From the NCBI GenBank assembly GCA_951406725.2, contig OX597822.1, positions 51,708,001 through 51,772,000 of the forward strand: DNA of 64,000 nucleotides. Reading direction: 5' to 3'. How positions within the stretch are numbered: the stretch's first letter is position 1; every line of letters begins with the position of its first letter. The translations under genes and the position numbers were made by a program. The notes under the pieces are model-generated. The model had not been told where the DNA came from, searched no databases, and saw only the letters and a list, made by a program, of their open reading frames with translations. This document shows, in pieces, positions 25,719 through 39,621 of the stretch. This stretch comes from Octopus vulgaris (Eukaryota).

Positions 25719-26104
25719 TATACTAGTGTTGGGAAGTATTTTTTGCAGATTTATCATATAAAAAAAAATTGGGTAATAGTTATTCACCATTACAGATGCT
25801 TCATTTTCTCATAGAAATCACAAAATTGTGCATGTTAGATAAAAATGTAACAAATTTTCTGTTAGACGTTGTTGTGCAGGAAAATCAAACAATACAAATA
25901 TAATTTGATTTTCTGGTTGAAGAATTTTATATATGTTTAGCCATCCAAAATGTACAATTTTATGATTTCTATTAGCAAATGGAACATCTGTAATAAATAA
26001 TACCAAAATATTTTCCAGATTCCTGTTTTATTGTCTGTCTATCTATATAACTATCTATCTCTCTCTCTTTCTCTCAATCTCTTCTGTATATATGTATGTA
26101 TACT

Positions 26105-26149
<45 letters not shown>

Positions 26150-26599
26150 ATGACTTAATATGCGTATATACAGAGAGAAAGAGAGGGAGAGGGGGGATGA
26201 GAAAGAGACAGGCGTATGAATTATTGTATATATGTGAATGAATGTGGTGAGATTCTGTTTTTATTCGATTATTTTGCAATTTATGCCGTATTTATAAATA
26301 TATGCAAATGCATGGAAATATACGTACATATTTGCGCATCTGTTCGTAAACTTAATTCCTTTTTGACATAGCGTTCCATGTGTGCAGATTATGAACATTT
26401 CAATCATCACTGACAAAGAAAACGTTTTTTATATGTAAAACACTTTCAGAAGTGTAATCATTTAAATGAGGATAGAAGTTAAATTGATATTACAATTGTT
26501 TGCAGAAACGGACAATATTTTTTCCTCATAGTATTATGCAATTCATACATTTCATACATGACATAATATATGGAAATATACAATAATTCTATAGTCCTC

Positions 26600-28075
26600 A
26601 GATGTTATGACCTGAAGGTAGGGTCGACCAAATGGTGGAATGGACATATTGATCGACTATAAAGCAGGAAGTAATGCATACGCGGACATATTATTTTCCT
26701 TAACTGGCGAAGGTTTCTTGAACATTATTTGCTAATAGAATAACTCTTCCCCAATACAAAGCTGTCTTCCAGGAGAACTACAAAATCTCCTGGAAATTTG
26801 TGTTCACCAAGAAATTCTACAAGAAAGGACGGATAAAGAAAAACTGTGTTGGTTCAGAAGGATCCATCCAAGGGTGTTATGGCCAGTAACTATCGTCTGA
26901 TTGCTTGTTCACCTATGATGTGAAAGCTTCTAACTGGGATAATAGGAAAGAAATTGTACGACTATTTCGAAAGATGGTCAGAAATATTGCAAGAAGGAAT
27001 CACGAGTAACAAAGAATCAATTGATGATTGGTTTGGATTGGATTGACTATTAGAAGGCATATGATATGGTTCCTCATTCATAGATTCTGAAATACCTGGA
27101 GATGTGCGAGGCAGCGAAAAGTTTATTTCATTTGCCCAAAATTAGAGTGGGAAACTGGATGACAGTCTTGATTGTAGATGAAAGCAAAACAAATTGGAGA
27201 AATCAAGATCAAGAGGGGAATTTTTCAAGGAGACTCAATGTAATCTTACCGTTTATTGCTTGTATGCTAATACAATTTCCTGTTAGACATTGTTGTGCAG
27301 GAAAATCAAACAATACAATAAAATTTGATTTTCTGGCTGAAAAATTTCCTATGTTTATCCATCCCAATTTTATGATTCCTATTAGCAAATGGAACATCTG
27401 TAATAATTAATACCAAAATATCTTCCAGGTTCCTGTTTTGTTGTCTATCTATCTATATAACTCCCTCTCTCTCTCTCTCTCTCTCAATCTCTTCTGTATA
27501 GTTCTAAAAAAGATGGGAGCTGGTTACAAACTGTAGAAAAACATGAGACTGATAATTTATGGATGATTTGAAGCATTACGGTGGATTCTCTTATTCAGAC
27601 CATACGAATTTTCTCCTAAGACATCTAGATGGCATTTGGTGTAGTGCAATGCGCTGTTATTGAACGGAGGAGAGGGTGGACAGTAGACAGTTGTGGAGTA
27701 CAACTTCCAGATAGTGAGCGAATAAGGGAATAACTAGGCCAGATGCTGAACACCAAGATGATGGGGAGCATTTCATCTGATTATGCAAGAATAGTTTAAA
27801 TGCTGTGGATAATGCAAGAATAGTTTAAATGCTATGGATAAAAAAAAGAATGCATGGACAATTTCACCAAGATATTGAAGATAAGTGAGAAGGAGAAAAA
27901 CGATAGCTATGGATAACTAAATGTGATTTAAAACCAGATACGGAAGCTCTAATCTGTGCTACTCAAGAGCAAGCATTAAGAACCAATTACATCAAATACA
28001 GAATGGAGAACACATCAGAAAGTACTAAATACAGAATTTGTGGACAAAATGGTGAAATCGTATGGCATATTACCC
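26600..28075 (+). mobile_element. Degraded R4/Dong-type LINE (RT to CCHC), interrupted at 27275-27500
   Basis: Remnants read from DNA: SNYR.IAC, KAYDMVPHS, GEIKIKRGIFQGDS, FMDDLK, ETEALICA.QEQALRTNY, YRICGQNGEIVWHIT. Confidence 0.8.
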
Positions 28076-28078
28076 GTT

Positions 28079-28089
28079 TATTATTGTTG

Positions 28090-28158
<69 letters not shown>
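28079..28158. repeat. (TTA)n microsatellite between two convergent R4-type LINE ends
   Basis: Read directly. Confidence 0.95.
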
Positions 28159-28159
28159 G

Positions 28160-29110
28160 AAAACGAACAGCTTATTTTGATGGGTATGATGGGAAGTATC
28201 AGCTGTCTACAGCCAGCGAACTAAGGTGACAATTGTTTACTCGCCATGATTCAAAAACCGTGCGAAGAATTCTTGCAGTTCCAAGCAATGCCGATTTTAG
28301 TAGGCTGTCGCCCTTTACAGTTGCACCAATCTCTTTGAGCTATATTGGTAGATGAGTGGTAATACCTCCAAGTACACCAACTAATATAGGTATCAAGTTT
28401 ACTCTCTTCATTGACCACAGCCTTCGTATTGCCCACTTCAAATCGTCATAGTTTGTATATTCTTCTTTCACATTGATCCCTTTGGTACCGAGGCATGCTA
28501 TGTCGATTATCATGCATGTTCTTTCTCTTTTATTCAACGCAACAACGTCCGGTTTCCGATGTCTGGTCGGGTGATCGCACTGGATCAGTGCATTCCACAG
28601 GATTTTGCAGTTCTCATTTTCGGTGACTCCTTTTGGAGTTTAGTCATACCACATCTTTGCTCTTTGTAGGCCTGATTTCCACAGAGCTCCCAATGGATCA
28701 TCCTTGCCACATTGTCATGCCGTCTTTTGTATTCGCGTTGTACCAATTTCGGTCACCCGCTAATGATGTGCCATACCGTTTCATCCATCTCGGTACACAT
28801 TCTGCATTTGTCGCAATCAGTAGTGTTGTCTATTCTGTACTTCAAATAACTGGTCGTTAACGCTTGTTCTTGAGCTGCGCACATGAGTGCTTCTGTCTCT
28901 ATCTTCAGGTCACTCCTCCTCATCCATAGCCGCCGGTCCTCTGTATCTGTCTTGGCGATCACTTCTCTTACAAACTGACCGTACATTTTCTTTTCCTTCC
29001 ATGCTTTTCTTTTTGTTCATTTCTTATTAAATTTTTTCTTTAATTACGCAATTTTCAGTTTTGATGACGCCGGCTTTGTTCATGTGTTTGAACAGTAGCT
29101 CCATGGCAGT
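28160..29110 (-). mobile_element. R4/Dong-type LINE 3' fragment (CCHC and RLE)
   Basis: ORFs 28753-28986 (MYGQF, ETEALMCAAQEQAL, CRMCTEMDETVWHIISG) and 28340-28537 (CMIIDIA, YDDLK, PILVGVLG); flanked by (TAA)n at both ends. Confidence 0.88.
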
Positions 29111-29229
29111 TTTTGCTTTTTATTATTATTATTATTATTATTTTGTTGTTATTGTTATTGTTATTGTTGTTGTTAGTATTGTTATTATTATCTCCACTGG
29201 TGATGTTTCAAGGATTCAAAAGGAAAGCG

Positions 29230-30540
29230 GATATGAAATTTGGATTAGAAAATACAGCAAGTCAAATTTAAAGAGATGAAAATTAAGGATATCTATATAC
29301 CACGTTAGTGAGCGAAGCAAAAGTAATTACGTCAGACGCAGAGAATCGAAATTTTAAGTAACAATGATATCAACCACTGCATTTGTAATAGTGATACCTA
29401 CCACTGAATTTGATACTGTTAATGAATTAGACAATATAGAATAAACATAAAGGAAATAAATATTTATGGTGGAAAATGATGCAGTATTAGATTCATAGAG
29501 GAAATAATTTTAAATGCAAACCGAAGATAGTAGTCATTAATACTATAGCCGTCCCAGTAATATGATATAGTTGTAATATTCTCGATTTGACGCTAAAGGA
29601 GTTAGCAAAAATTAACGGAAGCTAAACAAGACATTAATCATATATAAAGATTATATTTACCACAAATCGAATACACATTGTCATAGAAAATTAATCCTTA
29701 TCACCATAATTATTCTATATATGAGAGTAGGAAGTAGAAAACCACATAAAATAGTCACTGTAAGAGCAGTGGAAATAATTGACAGAGAAAATTGAAAAAA
29801 TATACTTAGTTGCAATATATAAACAAAACATAAAACTTGTTTTGCGTCTCGGTGAAAATCAGCAAATACAAACTAGAAAGTGAAATTAAAGAAAAAAAAT
29901 AGAATTTAGCTGTAAATTAAGCTATAGTATGCACTGCCGAACCAATTTTAAGACGGGCCAATATAGGGTCAATATCTATATTGAATACATTTATTTTATA
30001 ATGAAATCTGTCATAGATGAAATAAACAAATATATTCTGCAAAAGTGTAGGACACAGAACTGTGATTGGAAACACTCTGAATGGAAGACAGACTAAGAAG
30101 GGACCATCAAATGTGTGTAATGAACCAGAATAGATTATCTATATTCAGAATATGAGGTGATCAGGAAGAAGCAATTAACTATGTTCTCTCGGGTTTTCTA
30201 GTCATAGCCAAACAAAATCTATGCTTACAGACACGACAGTGTTGGGGATTTCAATCGTTTATACATTTGAGGTTAAGCCAGCATTATAAACCCAAACAAG
30301 AAAAAGTCTCAGAGAATTACAAATCAAGGTTATTCTGTGGTAATCAAATCGAGACAGAGATGAAAGTTAAGAGATCAAATAGCTATACCTCTTAATCAAA
30401 GAATGTCGCATAAAAGGCAATGATGTACTTCGCAATTATCTGTATTTCCAGAATATGGAGATAAAGTTAATTAGAAGTTCTGGGGTACTTGAAGCGAAAA
30501 CAATCTCAATAATAGTAGAAGCCCTATCAAAACTTGTTAA
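29230..30540 (+). mobile_element. Highly degraded R4-type LINE remnants
   Basis: atgaaatttggattagaaaa (MKFGLE) at about 29233 and scattered similarity to the other R4 copies. Confidence 0.45.
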
Positions 30541-32100
30541 AAACTTGTACATAAATTATGTACACGCTTATAAAATAAACTTGTCTATATGTCATACTTT
30601 TTAGTGTACATTTTAGACATCAGACTATATGGCACATTGGAAGGGCAGTTTAAAAATCGTAGGTGGTTCACGTAAAATCCAGTAAGAGAGAAAACTATAG
30701 TATAAAAATGAAATATAACTTTTGGATGTGTGACAGCCACTCAGGTCGTATGGCACTTACCGATGAGGGGAAATGCCTATTTCCAGCTGCTCTGCAGAAA
30801 TACACACACAACTCCCAATCAGATACTTGCAAACTTCTGGAAGCTAAACTGTCGCTTTTCGCCTTCACCTTCTCCAAATGGAACTTTGTGAAGGTGAGGT
30901 GGTATTAGTCGAATAGGAAATTAGCAATTTAATTTCCCTAGAATTTATTCGAGATCGATAGACTCTGAGGTCACAGGTTTTTGAAACCCTGAACCAGACT
31001 TATCTTCCTCCCATGAACTTTTCCCCACCCCCACCACTAAATTCCTCTCCAAAGTTTTACCTGATAGAAAACTGACGTGCGGTTCACAATCTATCTCTTT
31101 GCTTCGTCCACAGAATCCTCAGTGAGACCAGATTTGGGAAGACTTATATATTAACGGCTATCACATCTTCCTTTTGGCCATCCAACGTACTGCGTGTCCT
31201 GTGTAAAATGGTATTAGTAGCAAGACAGGACTTCTGACCATTAAAAGATCATCCGATCCAATATGTTTAGAAAAAAAATTCAAGACAAGTTGCAACGAAG
31301 AGGTAGTGTCCTCCCACTCTGCACAGTTTTTCAGAAGAAGGTTTCCTTTCAGCTGTGTTCTGTGTAACGCAAAAGGACAGCTGAGAGGATTCTTGTTATT
31401 CTGCACAAAAATGGACATAGTTTATATGTACCAAAATACCATGCTGGAAAGATATTCTGCGTACCTAAAGAGGGCTTTGTTCCAGAATTCCAAAACACTT
31501 GACTGAGTTGATTAGACATTTCAGGTAACGATTTTCAAGATTATATATATTCTTGGATGTGAGGGGGAAATACCAGTATCTATGAAAAGATAAAGGATGA
31601 AGCGAGAGATTACAAATCTAAAGTGAATGCAAGGAAGACCGCACACACGTAGTACCTGTAAGAAAAAGTGAACAGGACAACAACTGTTAAATATAGACCG
31701 CTGCATTGCCTAACAATCTCTGAATTCAAACCTAAGAAGGTGTAATTTTTAAATATATATATACTCTAGGCCTTCTGACCAGAAATCACCGAAAGTATAT
31801 AACGAATATCATATTTATTACATTTCCTCTAGTATACTATCAAGAGTTATATTATTTCCAGCTTTGAACAGAAAGTTGCGTTAGTTGAATATCACAGCAT
31901 TGCGATTCTCTGATAACGTGCCTTGAATTTTTTGTTTAATTTTAAACTTCAATCTTAATTTGAAACTTTTAAAGTTTAATGATATTATTTAATCTCTAAT
32001 AAATGACAACATTTTGATTAAATTCATTCTTCACCAAATTTTCATTTTAAGTGATTTTTCAAATCGAGTGAATTTTTTCATAAGAGCTACATTTACTACG

Positions 32101-32150
<50 letters not shown>

Positions 32151-32554
32151 AATTAATGTTGTTTGCATCTCAACCTGAGTCTTGAGCAAGCAGCGTCTTT
32201 CATTACATTATCTTTCATTATCAGCCGTTTAAAATTTGTGAAGGTTGTTGATTCCAATTCGATGAAACATCTAACTATACAATCAGTGACACAAGAGATT
32301 TTACGCAACAGCATTACCTTTTTTCCTTTTATTCTACGACGAAAAAAAAAAACATTTATTTAGCGTTTGGCTCCACTCTAGGTATTTTTGTCAGTTAATT
32401 TCGTTTCTTTGCAATGTTATTTGAATTAATGCTGCGAAATATTTTTATCGTAGTATTTTTGATATTTTGTTTCTGTAGTTTTATTCTTCTTCAACTTTTG
32501 TTTATAGTTTTTGAAATTTGAATTAATATTAATTCTGTTGAATCATAATGACGA

Positions 32555-33215
32555 TGAGATGCCATGTAGAAAAATAATTAACATTTTCGACGCCTGCTTC
32601 TATTCTTTTTCACTCAAGACACTAAAACTGCCAACCCGCTCAAGCCAGCTCAAGCCATTTACGCTGTATACGGAGGTGCTATCACCACAGAACTATACAG
32701 AAATAGTTTTCATGCTTCAACAAGGGAAAATTCGATCTTACAGACTCTCCACGTTACAGCTGCTTGTTGAATTCAATAGGCTCGATGGAGCGTACACATC
32801 CGCGCCAATCCGCCAAGGAATTGGCCCAGCAGATGGGATGTTCTTGTGATAAAGTCACCCATTACCCTCACTCGATGGCTAATGTCCAAAACTTTGCTGC
32901 ATGAGTGTCAAATACTCTGAACGAAGTAGACGAACTCCAGCGCTCATCTGTCACTGCAAGTTTGCTCATTCGACACCAGGATGCTATGGACACAAAGATA
33001 ACTTTACAATATCGTCACCAGCGTTGAAAAACGGTGTTTTTTCGTCAATATTAAGTAGAAGAAAGAATAGCAGGGTCCCAACAAGCAAAAAGTACCCCCA
33101 ATACCCCTAAACTAAGCTAGAGCTTCATCTGCGCAAGACAATTGTCTGTGTTTGGTGGGAAGGGTTATCACATTACGAAATGCTTGAAAACAACCACATG
33201 ATTAATGGACGGTAT
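32555..33215 (+). mobile_element. Degraded mariner transposase
   Basis: Remnants read from DNA: HFRRLLLFFF, AIYAVYG, GKFDLTDSPR, IVTSVEKRCFFVN, ELHLRKTIVCVWW, VITHYEML. Confidence 0.65.
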
Positions 33216-36200
33216 AAATGCTGGTGGTCATCTGTTTATATCAAGTTTAAAGCTGTTTAATCTCCAGATTCATACACGGCTACAATTTGGAAATAAACTT
33301 TAACTTTCTAGAAAAACTTTGTGTTCCACCAAATCACTAAAATCTTATTGTTCGTCTCAGTTTCCCTCCATTACCGTTTCATAATAATGTTTCTATTTAA
33401 AAGGAACATCCTACTAGTTGCATATCCATTATAAATAATTTGATTGACATAGATTATGCTATTATGTTTTCACTTGTTTAGAGTTTCTGTCACTTCTAAA
33501 ACCTTTAAACGAAGACCAACGAATACTATCAGTAAATTAGACTATAATACTTTTGAAAAAAGAAGGCGCAATATTAAGTTTCCTCGTTAAATGTTTCATG
33601 AACCAGTCTTCAATCGGATGCATAAATAATTCGTTCTGGGTGAAAATCAGAATTTTTTTTAATATTATTTTTCCTTGAAATTTGTTGAATAGGTGTATTG
33701 CAACCCGACATAAAGGAAGCAAATAACATCAATTATATATGCAAATGTACACCCTTATACAAAAATATATGCACACATGTGTATGGAAACATGAATATAT
33801 GTCTGTGAGAGAGTGTATCTGTGTATGTGTATACATAAAGCTTCAGTGTAGGTCAAGACATGATGTATAAAAGCATTTTCCATGCTGCTGATATGCCAAA
33901 ATGGAGTATCATGATAGACCATTTCCCGGTTTGTTGGCATATCCAAATATTTTCACTGTTTTGCATCAAATGTATAAATTAGCTATGTGATTTTTATGCT
34001 ATGTGTTTAAACAATGACGATGTCCGTGTTGGCTTTCGATACTCTATCATTGATACGAGAAATTGTCACGGAGCTAATCAAATACAACAATACCATAACA
34101 ATATCTAGTATCAAATATTAAATTTTTTGTTTGTTTGCGTGTGAAATCAGAACGTAATCTCATTTTGCTCTCAAACTGTGTCATGCAGTGTTAGGTGTTA
34201 TCTTCAATAGATACATCAAGATATCCCCGTCTTTACCGCCATCTATTTACATCTTTTCAGTTATGTTACACTGATTTCATGAAGAGATATTGAGAAGAGC
34301 AAGTTATATAAACATACTATCTATCGAACTATCGAGCACATTTTTAAAAGGTAAAGCGTATTTGAAACATTCGTTAACAGCCATTTATATCGTTTTAAGC
34401 ATTTTGCTTTGTGCATATCCTCAAGTATTGCGCTGCTGTCTCTCTTGAGCCAACTCTAAACTATCCCACACACCTTCAAAATTTGGCAAAAGCCATTCCA
34501 TAGCGTATTTATTTTAACTATAGTTTGAGAAAACATCTAGTAATATTTTTCTCTCAGGCTTAATCGTTTTATCATTGATTTGTTGTGTCAGATAGCAGGA
34601 TAGGGTCACAGCTCTCATTCTCTTTCTCTCTTTTACATTCTCTCTCTGTATTTCTCTCCCACTCAGTTTCTCTCTCACACACACTTTCTCCCTTTTTTCC
34701 CATCCATTTACACCGTTTCAAGTTGAGTGTTCCTCATAATACTATCATGAACACTTTATATTTTTTTTCTTTAGACGAATAACCTCCTAGTTCCCACTTC
34801 AATAGATATCATATTTCATTCCTGCTTAACCTCTTCAGTCAGACATTACATTTTCGCTGCTGTGTTGCATTTTATTATTATAAAAAAAAAGACGCGGATA
34901 CAATCAGGGATAAATATTACGCAAAATAGTTTATATCTCCCTCTTACAGTGTGTAAAATTAATCATTCTAAGTCCAATTGCAAGATTTCACCACGCCTCT
35001 CGGTTTTTCGTCTGGTGATTCTCCAACATGATGACAAAGTTTTGCATTAATGAGATTAGACATTTCACCGACAGATACATTATTTCTTCACTTTGTTTCT
35101 TCTGTTTCATCTATAACAACCTTTGCTCCTCTAAACTACGCGACCCGCCTGTCAGTTTTCTTCGTCTCACACTTATCTGTAACGCCACTAAAGAACAATC
35201 ACTAGCCAATAGATCCTTGCCTTATCATTGTTGGCTTCTATATTTGCGCACAACATTTACACCTTTATATGTTAAAGAGAATCGTAATCTGTATCATGTC
35301 TATCAAAGAAGTAAGAGGGGTTGCCAAATTCGTGGGAACGTCCTTTATCCAGACTAATCCACGAAAGACTCCAATCATTTCTGACTTCCCTGAAGACATT
35401 AGTGTGATAAATGAATTTCTATCACCTAAAGCTTAACGGTACCGTTCACTTCACCTCCATTTATTCTGTAGTAAAATATTCATGTACCGTAGAATGTGAA
35501 TGCTTTATCTCATTTTGTACAGCGGAAATTATATTATCTCATGCATACTGCTTTATGTAAGATGCTATGAATTGATGCAGCCTTATATTTTTGGCAGTTA
35601 TCAAATTCAAAATTGAATCAGGAAGAATTTGAACATGGAAAAACAAAATTAAATCCAGTATATAGAATTGCGTCCAGTGCCATCTTCTTAATCAAAATCT
35701 TATGACACAAAGACATTAGACGCAAACCACGTAAACCAATTTAGATGTAAGATTAAAAAATTCTGAAATTATAATTATGACAACACATACAAAATATTGA
35801 ACGAATTGTTAAGCAAAACAAAAAAATAATTAAAGACAAAGCATAAACAAACACCTATAATAGGAATTTTTTCTGAAATATTCAACAACAAAGAAAACTA
35901 ATTGCCAGAAATTAAATCTTCACATACGTGTGTGAACTAACGACTACATGCATTCTGTTTGTTGTGTTTGTGCGTGAAGATTAATTCTTATTAAATCTAT
36001 TTTCATTAATTCGCATGATCCTAATCAACAATATCCCTGGACAATATTCGATTTTCTCTGACATGTCTGTTCATTAAGTAAAGATTATACCGTTTGTTGG
36101 CTTAGTATCATTATTTCAGCATTAGCGAGCGATGCATGCTCCACTGAATTTACATATAAAATATAACTGACAGCTGTGTATATAGTTTTAATCTTGGCAG

Positions 36201-36944
36201 GGAAATTTATCTTTGAAATTGTAAATGGAAGAACATTTTTGAAAACAATACTGATAATATAATAAGATATTATTGGAATGAATTTGAAAAATGTATTCTG
36301 TTATTCTGAATACAAATATTCTGAAATATTGCTTTAGCAATTTTCACAAAAGATAAACATACGCATGCCCACTCGAATTTCCCAGAACGCTCACATAATC
36401 ATCTTAAATATACAGTAAGTGCATATGTGTATGCGTCTTTGTGTGTTTGAGTGTATGTGTATGTTTGTCTGTATGTGTGTGCGTATGTGAGAAGTCCTCA
36501 TGCACTAGCATTTGTTCATCACTGTAGGATAAGCAGTCATGCTGTCGTACGCGCGCACGCATCCGCATTTATTTAGTATGAACGGGCGCAGTAGTAGCAT
36601 ACCATTAATTTGAAAAATTGCTGGCTGCGAGATTAATTATTCTCAAGATTTGTGGGAAAAATAAGGAAACGAGTAAATCAAAGAATACATAGACAGGAAG
36701 AGATTCCAATTACTATAATTATTTGGCTATATTCCGAAATGAAATAGGAAAAGATTAAAAGGAATTAAATAATCTAAATTGTGAAGAACAAAAAAACAAA
36801 CAAACACAATATGCTATATTTGGAACAGCTGAATACAGGTTTGGCTCTATAGACACACAAACATACACACGCATGCACACATACGCGCACATGCACACCC
36901 ACTTTATCCATTTATAGATAGATAGATATTAATAATTTATATAA

Positions 36945-37007
<63 letters not shown>

Positions 37008-37274
37008 TATACATATATACATATATATACATATACATATATATATACATACTTATACATACACACACACACACACACACATACATATATATATATGTAT
37101 GCATATTTGAGAGGTTTTGGTAGCCAGAAGTCCCAAAATGGCAGGTAAGGCTACGTAAGTGCTACGCAAGGGCCGTGGTTAGACTCCCGGTTCGATCATA
37201 GTTTGAGTGGTGAATCTAATGCGGGTCGTGTGTGAGCATGTATATGTTAAGTAGAATGAGACAGCAAAGCCAAG

Positions 37275-37601
37275 GCAGTATGAAATTTTTAGGACATTTA
37301 TAAAGGGAAAGATAGCCTTGCAGCTGTTTCGGGGATATGAGGGATATCCCATCATTAGAGACGATATAAGCTTGTTAAACAGAGGGAAATAGTAGAGTTC
37401 AATATAAGAAGGCATTTTGAAAGGGGAGAGATGTCAGGAGTATAAAGAGAAATAAGAGAATAAAAATATAATTTGTTTTTATTCTCTTATTTCTTCTTTA
37501 ACTCTCTCATATCATCTGTGATGAAGGAATGTCCCTTATATCCCTGAAACAGTTATAAGGACAACCTTTCTCTTTATAAATGTCATAGAAATTTCACACT
37601 G

Positions 37602-37602
<1 letters not shown>
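37275..37602. mobile_element. Fold-back cassette with a hammerhead in each arm (37316-37361 on -, 37515-37560 on +), both mutated
   Basis: Arms 37275-37370 and 37506-37602. Their consensus gives UCU CUGAUGA AGGGAUAU..AUAUCCCU GAAAC AGCU GUA AGG. Inner hairpin at 37443-37500; followed by (TA)n. Confidence 0.75.
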
Positions 37603-37687
<85 letters not shown>

Positions 37688-37939
37688 CATATATACAATT
37701 TAAAAATAAGATTAAATCTTCATAAGAATTTATAAAGTAGTTAGCGTGAATAACCTCATAAGAGAAAAAATTCATCAATTTTTTCGCTTAAATATATTTA
37801 TTTATATTATATAGAGGGCATTATTACACATAAATGCCACACGCTAGGAGGGCCTCTTAAATTCAAAACTACTAAAATAAATAAACATATCGTACCGAAT
37901 ATAACTCTCGAAGCAAGTCATTTAAAAACAGAATTCAGC

Positions 37940-38000
37940 TGCATATCACCTGTGATTTCGTAATCAGTGCAGTGGTAAGCACTCTTTACTCCTCAGTGCA
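37940..38000 (-). ncRNA. Type I hammerhead ribozyme with intact core
   Basis: UGCA CUGAGGA GUAA AG AGUGC UUACCACU GCACU GA UUAC GAA AUCAC AG GUGAU A UGCA. All three stems pair; the cleavage triplet is AUA. Confidence 0.85.
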
Positions 38001-38139
38001 AGCATAACTCAAGATTTATAATGAATGAACAAAAACAACATACCAGGCAACCATCGTATCCAACACAACATGTAGAAATGTTCACCCCTTATACATCTAT
38101 GTAAATGGCGGGCTTTTTCGAATTGCATACTTTGTTGTC

Positions 38140-38800
38140 TCCAGATAATCATTCTTTTTATGTATGTGGGATAACAGAGCCAGAGAAAAACAGTGTGATC
38201 AAAAAATGGCCGCAACGAGCATTAGTTTCAGGGTCTTTTAATGTGTTTGATGAGGCTTTAGTTTAACCAGGAAAAAAATCATCATAGCATCACTTCATAT
38301 CAAGCTTTGCATTATGAAGCAAGTTGTTAAAGCTCTGGATAAAGATGGACCAAGCTTCCACTATATCGGTTGCAGTGAAAAAAGATGCTGGAATATTTGT
38401 TGGACCTCAAATGATATAACTGATGAAAGTTGGGAACTTTGCAATTTCAGTGAGTTTCTGTGAAGTTGTAACAGGGAATTTATTCACAATGGTTGTAAAT
38501 GGGCAACAAGAAAAACATTCGACTATACTGAAATACTCGACAACATGCTGGAAAACTTTCAAAGTTTGGGAGCAAATATGAGCATAAAGCTAGTCACCTT
38601 TATAAATTCCCCCGAAAATTTTACTGACGTTTGTGAAGAGCAGGGAGAAAGTTTCCACCGGGATATAAAAATCAGTGGAACAAAAGTATCAAGGTAGATG
38701 AAACTTACTTATGCTGGTGGACTATTGGTGCAACTCAGATCGTGATCTCCATGAGGTTCGGCACTCGGGACGATCATTCAAAAGCAAAGCCAGGAGAAAC
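38140..38800 (+). mobile_element. Degraded DNA transposase, Chapaev3/CMC-like (family assignment from memory)
   Basis: Remnants read from DNA: FLCMWDNRAR, LHIKL..MKQVVKALDKDG, AGIFVGPQ, NMSIK, FPENF...EEQGESFHRDIK, YQGR. Confidence 0.65.
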
Positions 38801-39621
38801 TAGGCATAAACAATGAAGTAATTTCTCTGTAGAAGTTTTAAAATTCTTACTAGTTTTTGGATAGAATTGTAAATCATTCATTCTCGGTATGAAAAACCAA
38901 TTTCCATGTACGAGAGTTAGCTGAAAAGTTCATTGGCTGAGGATGATCGTCTCATGAAATATAACTATAATCCCTCTTGCAGTCCATATACTTCTTTTAT
39001 CGAAGTTGCAGTGCTTGGATCCCGTTGGTGATGAAGCTTCTGTCCTGTTGGTAAAGATATGTCATCAACAGCAAATATGACGTTATCATTACTGCGTGAG
39101 TACTTCCAGGCCAAGTGATTTTTTTATGTTGAGGAACAGATAGTTGTCAGATGGGGTCACATCAGGAGAAAATGGAGGCTGAGCAACCTGTTTATAGCTA
39201 CTGTCATGCACAGTAGCCTTGAAATCAAGGACTTGTGTGCTGGAGCATAGTCCTGATGAAATTTGACACCTTACTTCAGTTTTCCTGGGCATTTGGTCTT
39301 GTTAGGCTTTCGTAACTATCTCAGTATTTTGGAATAGCATTCTCCGTTGATGATGTGGATATTTGAAGAGATTCAATGAATATAATCCCCTTTGCATCCA
39401 AAGCAACTGAAGCGATCTCTTCCCTGCAGATGAAACTGCCTTGGCTTTATTTGGAGCAAGTGAGGTGGAGCGTTGTTACTGAAATGGGTAGTCTATCTGT
39501 CTCTGGCTCAAAGTGTTGGGTAAATAAATATTCAAAGAAACAACCTGAATCAGCCTCAGACAACGTCAGATTTTTCTGTGATATGAGCAGCAATGTTCTC
39601 TTTCAGTCAAAAGCCAGAATA

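Noticed and set aside
30650-31750. Possible LINE 5' or gag-like remnant
   Set aside because: Composition suggests a decayed element, but I found no diagnostic motif.
36540-36660. Short CpG-rich patch as a regulatory element
   Set aside because: Too short, next to CA/TG repeats, and with no supporting gene context.
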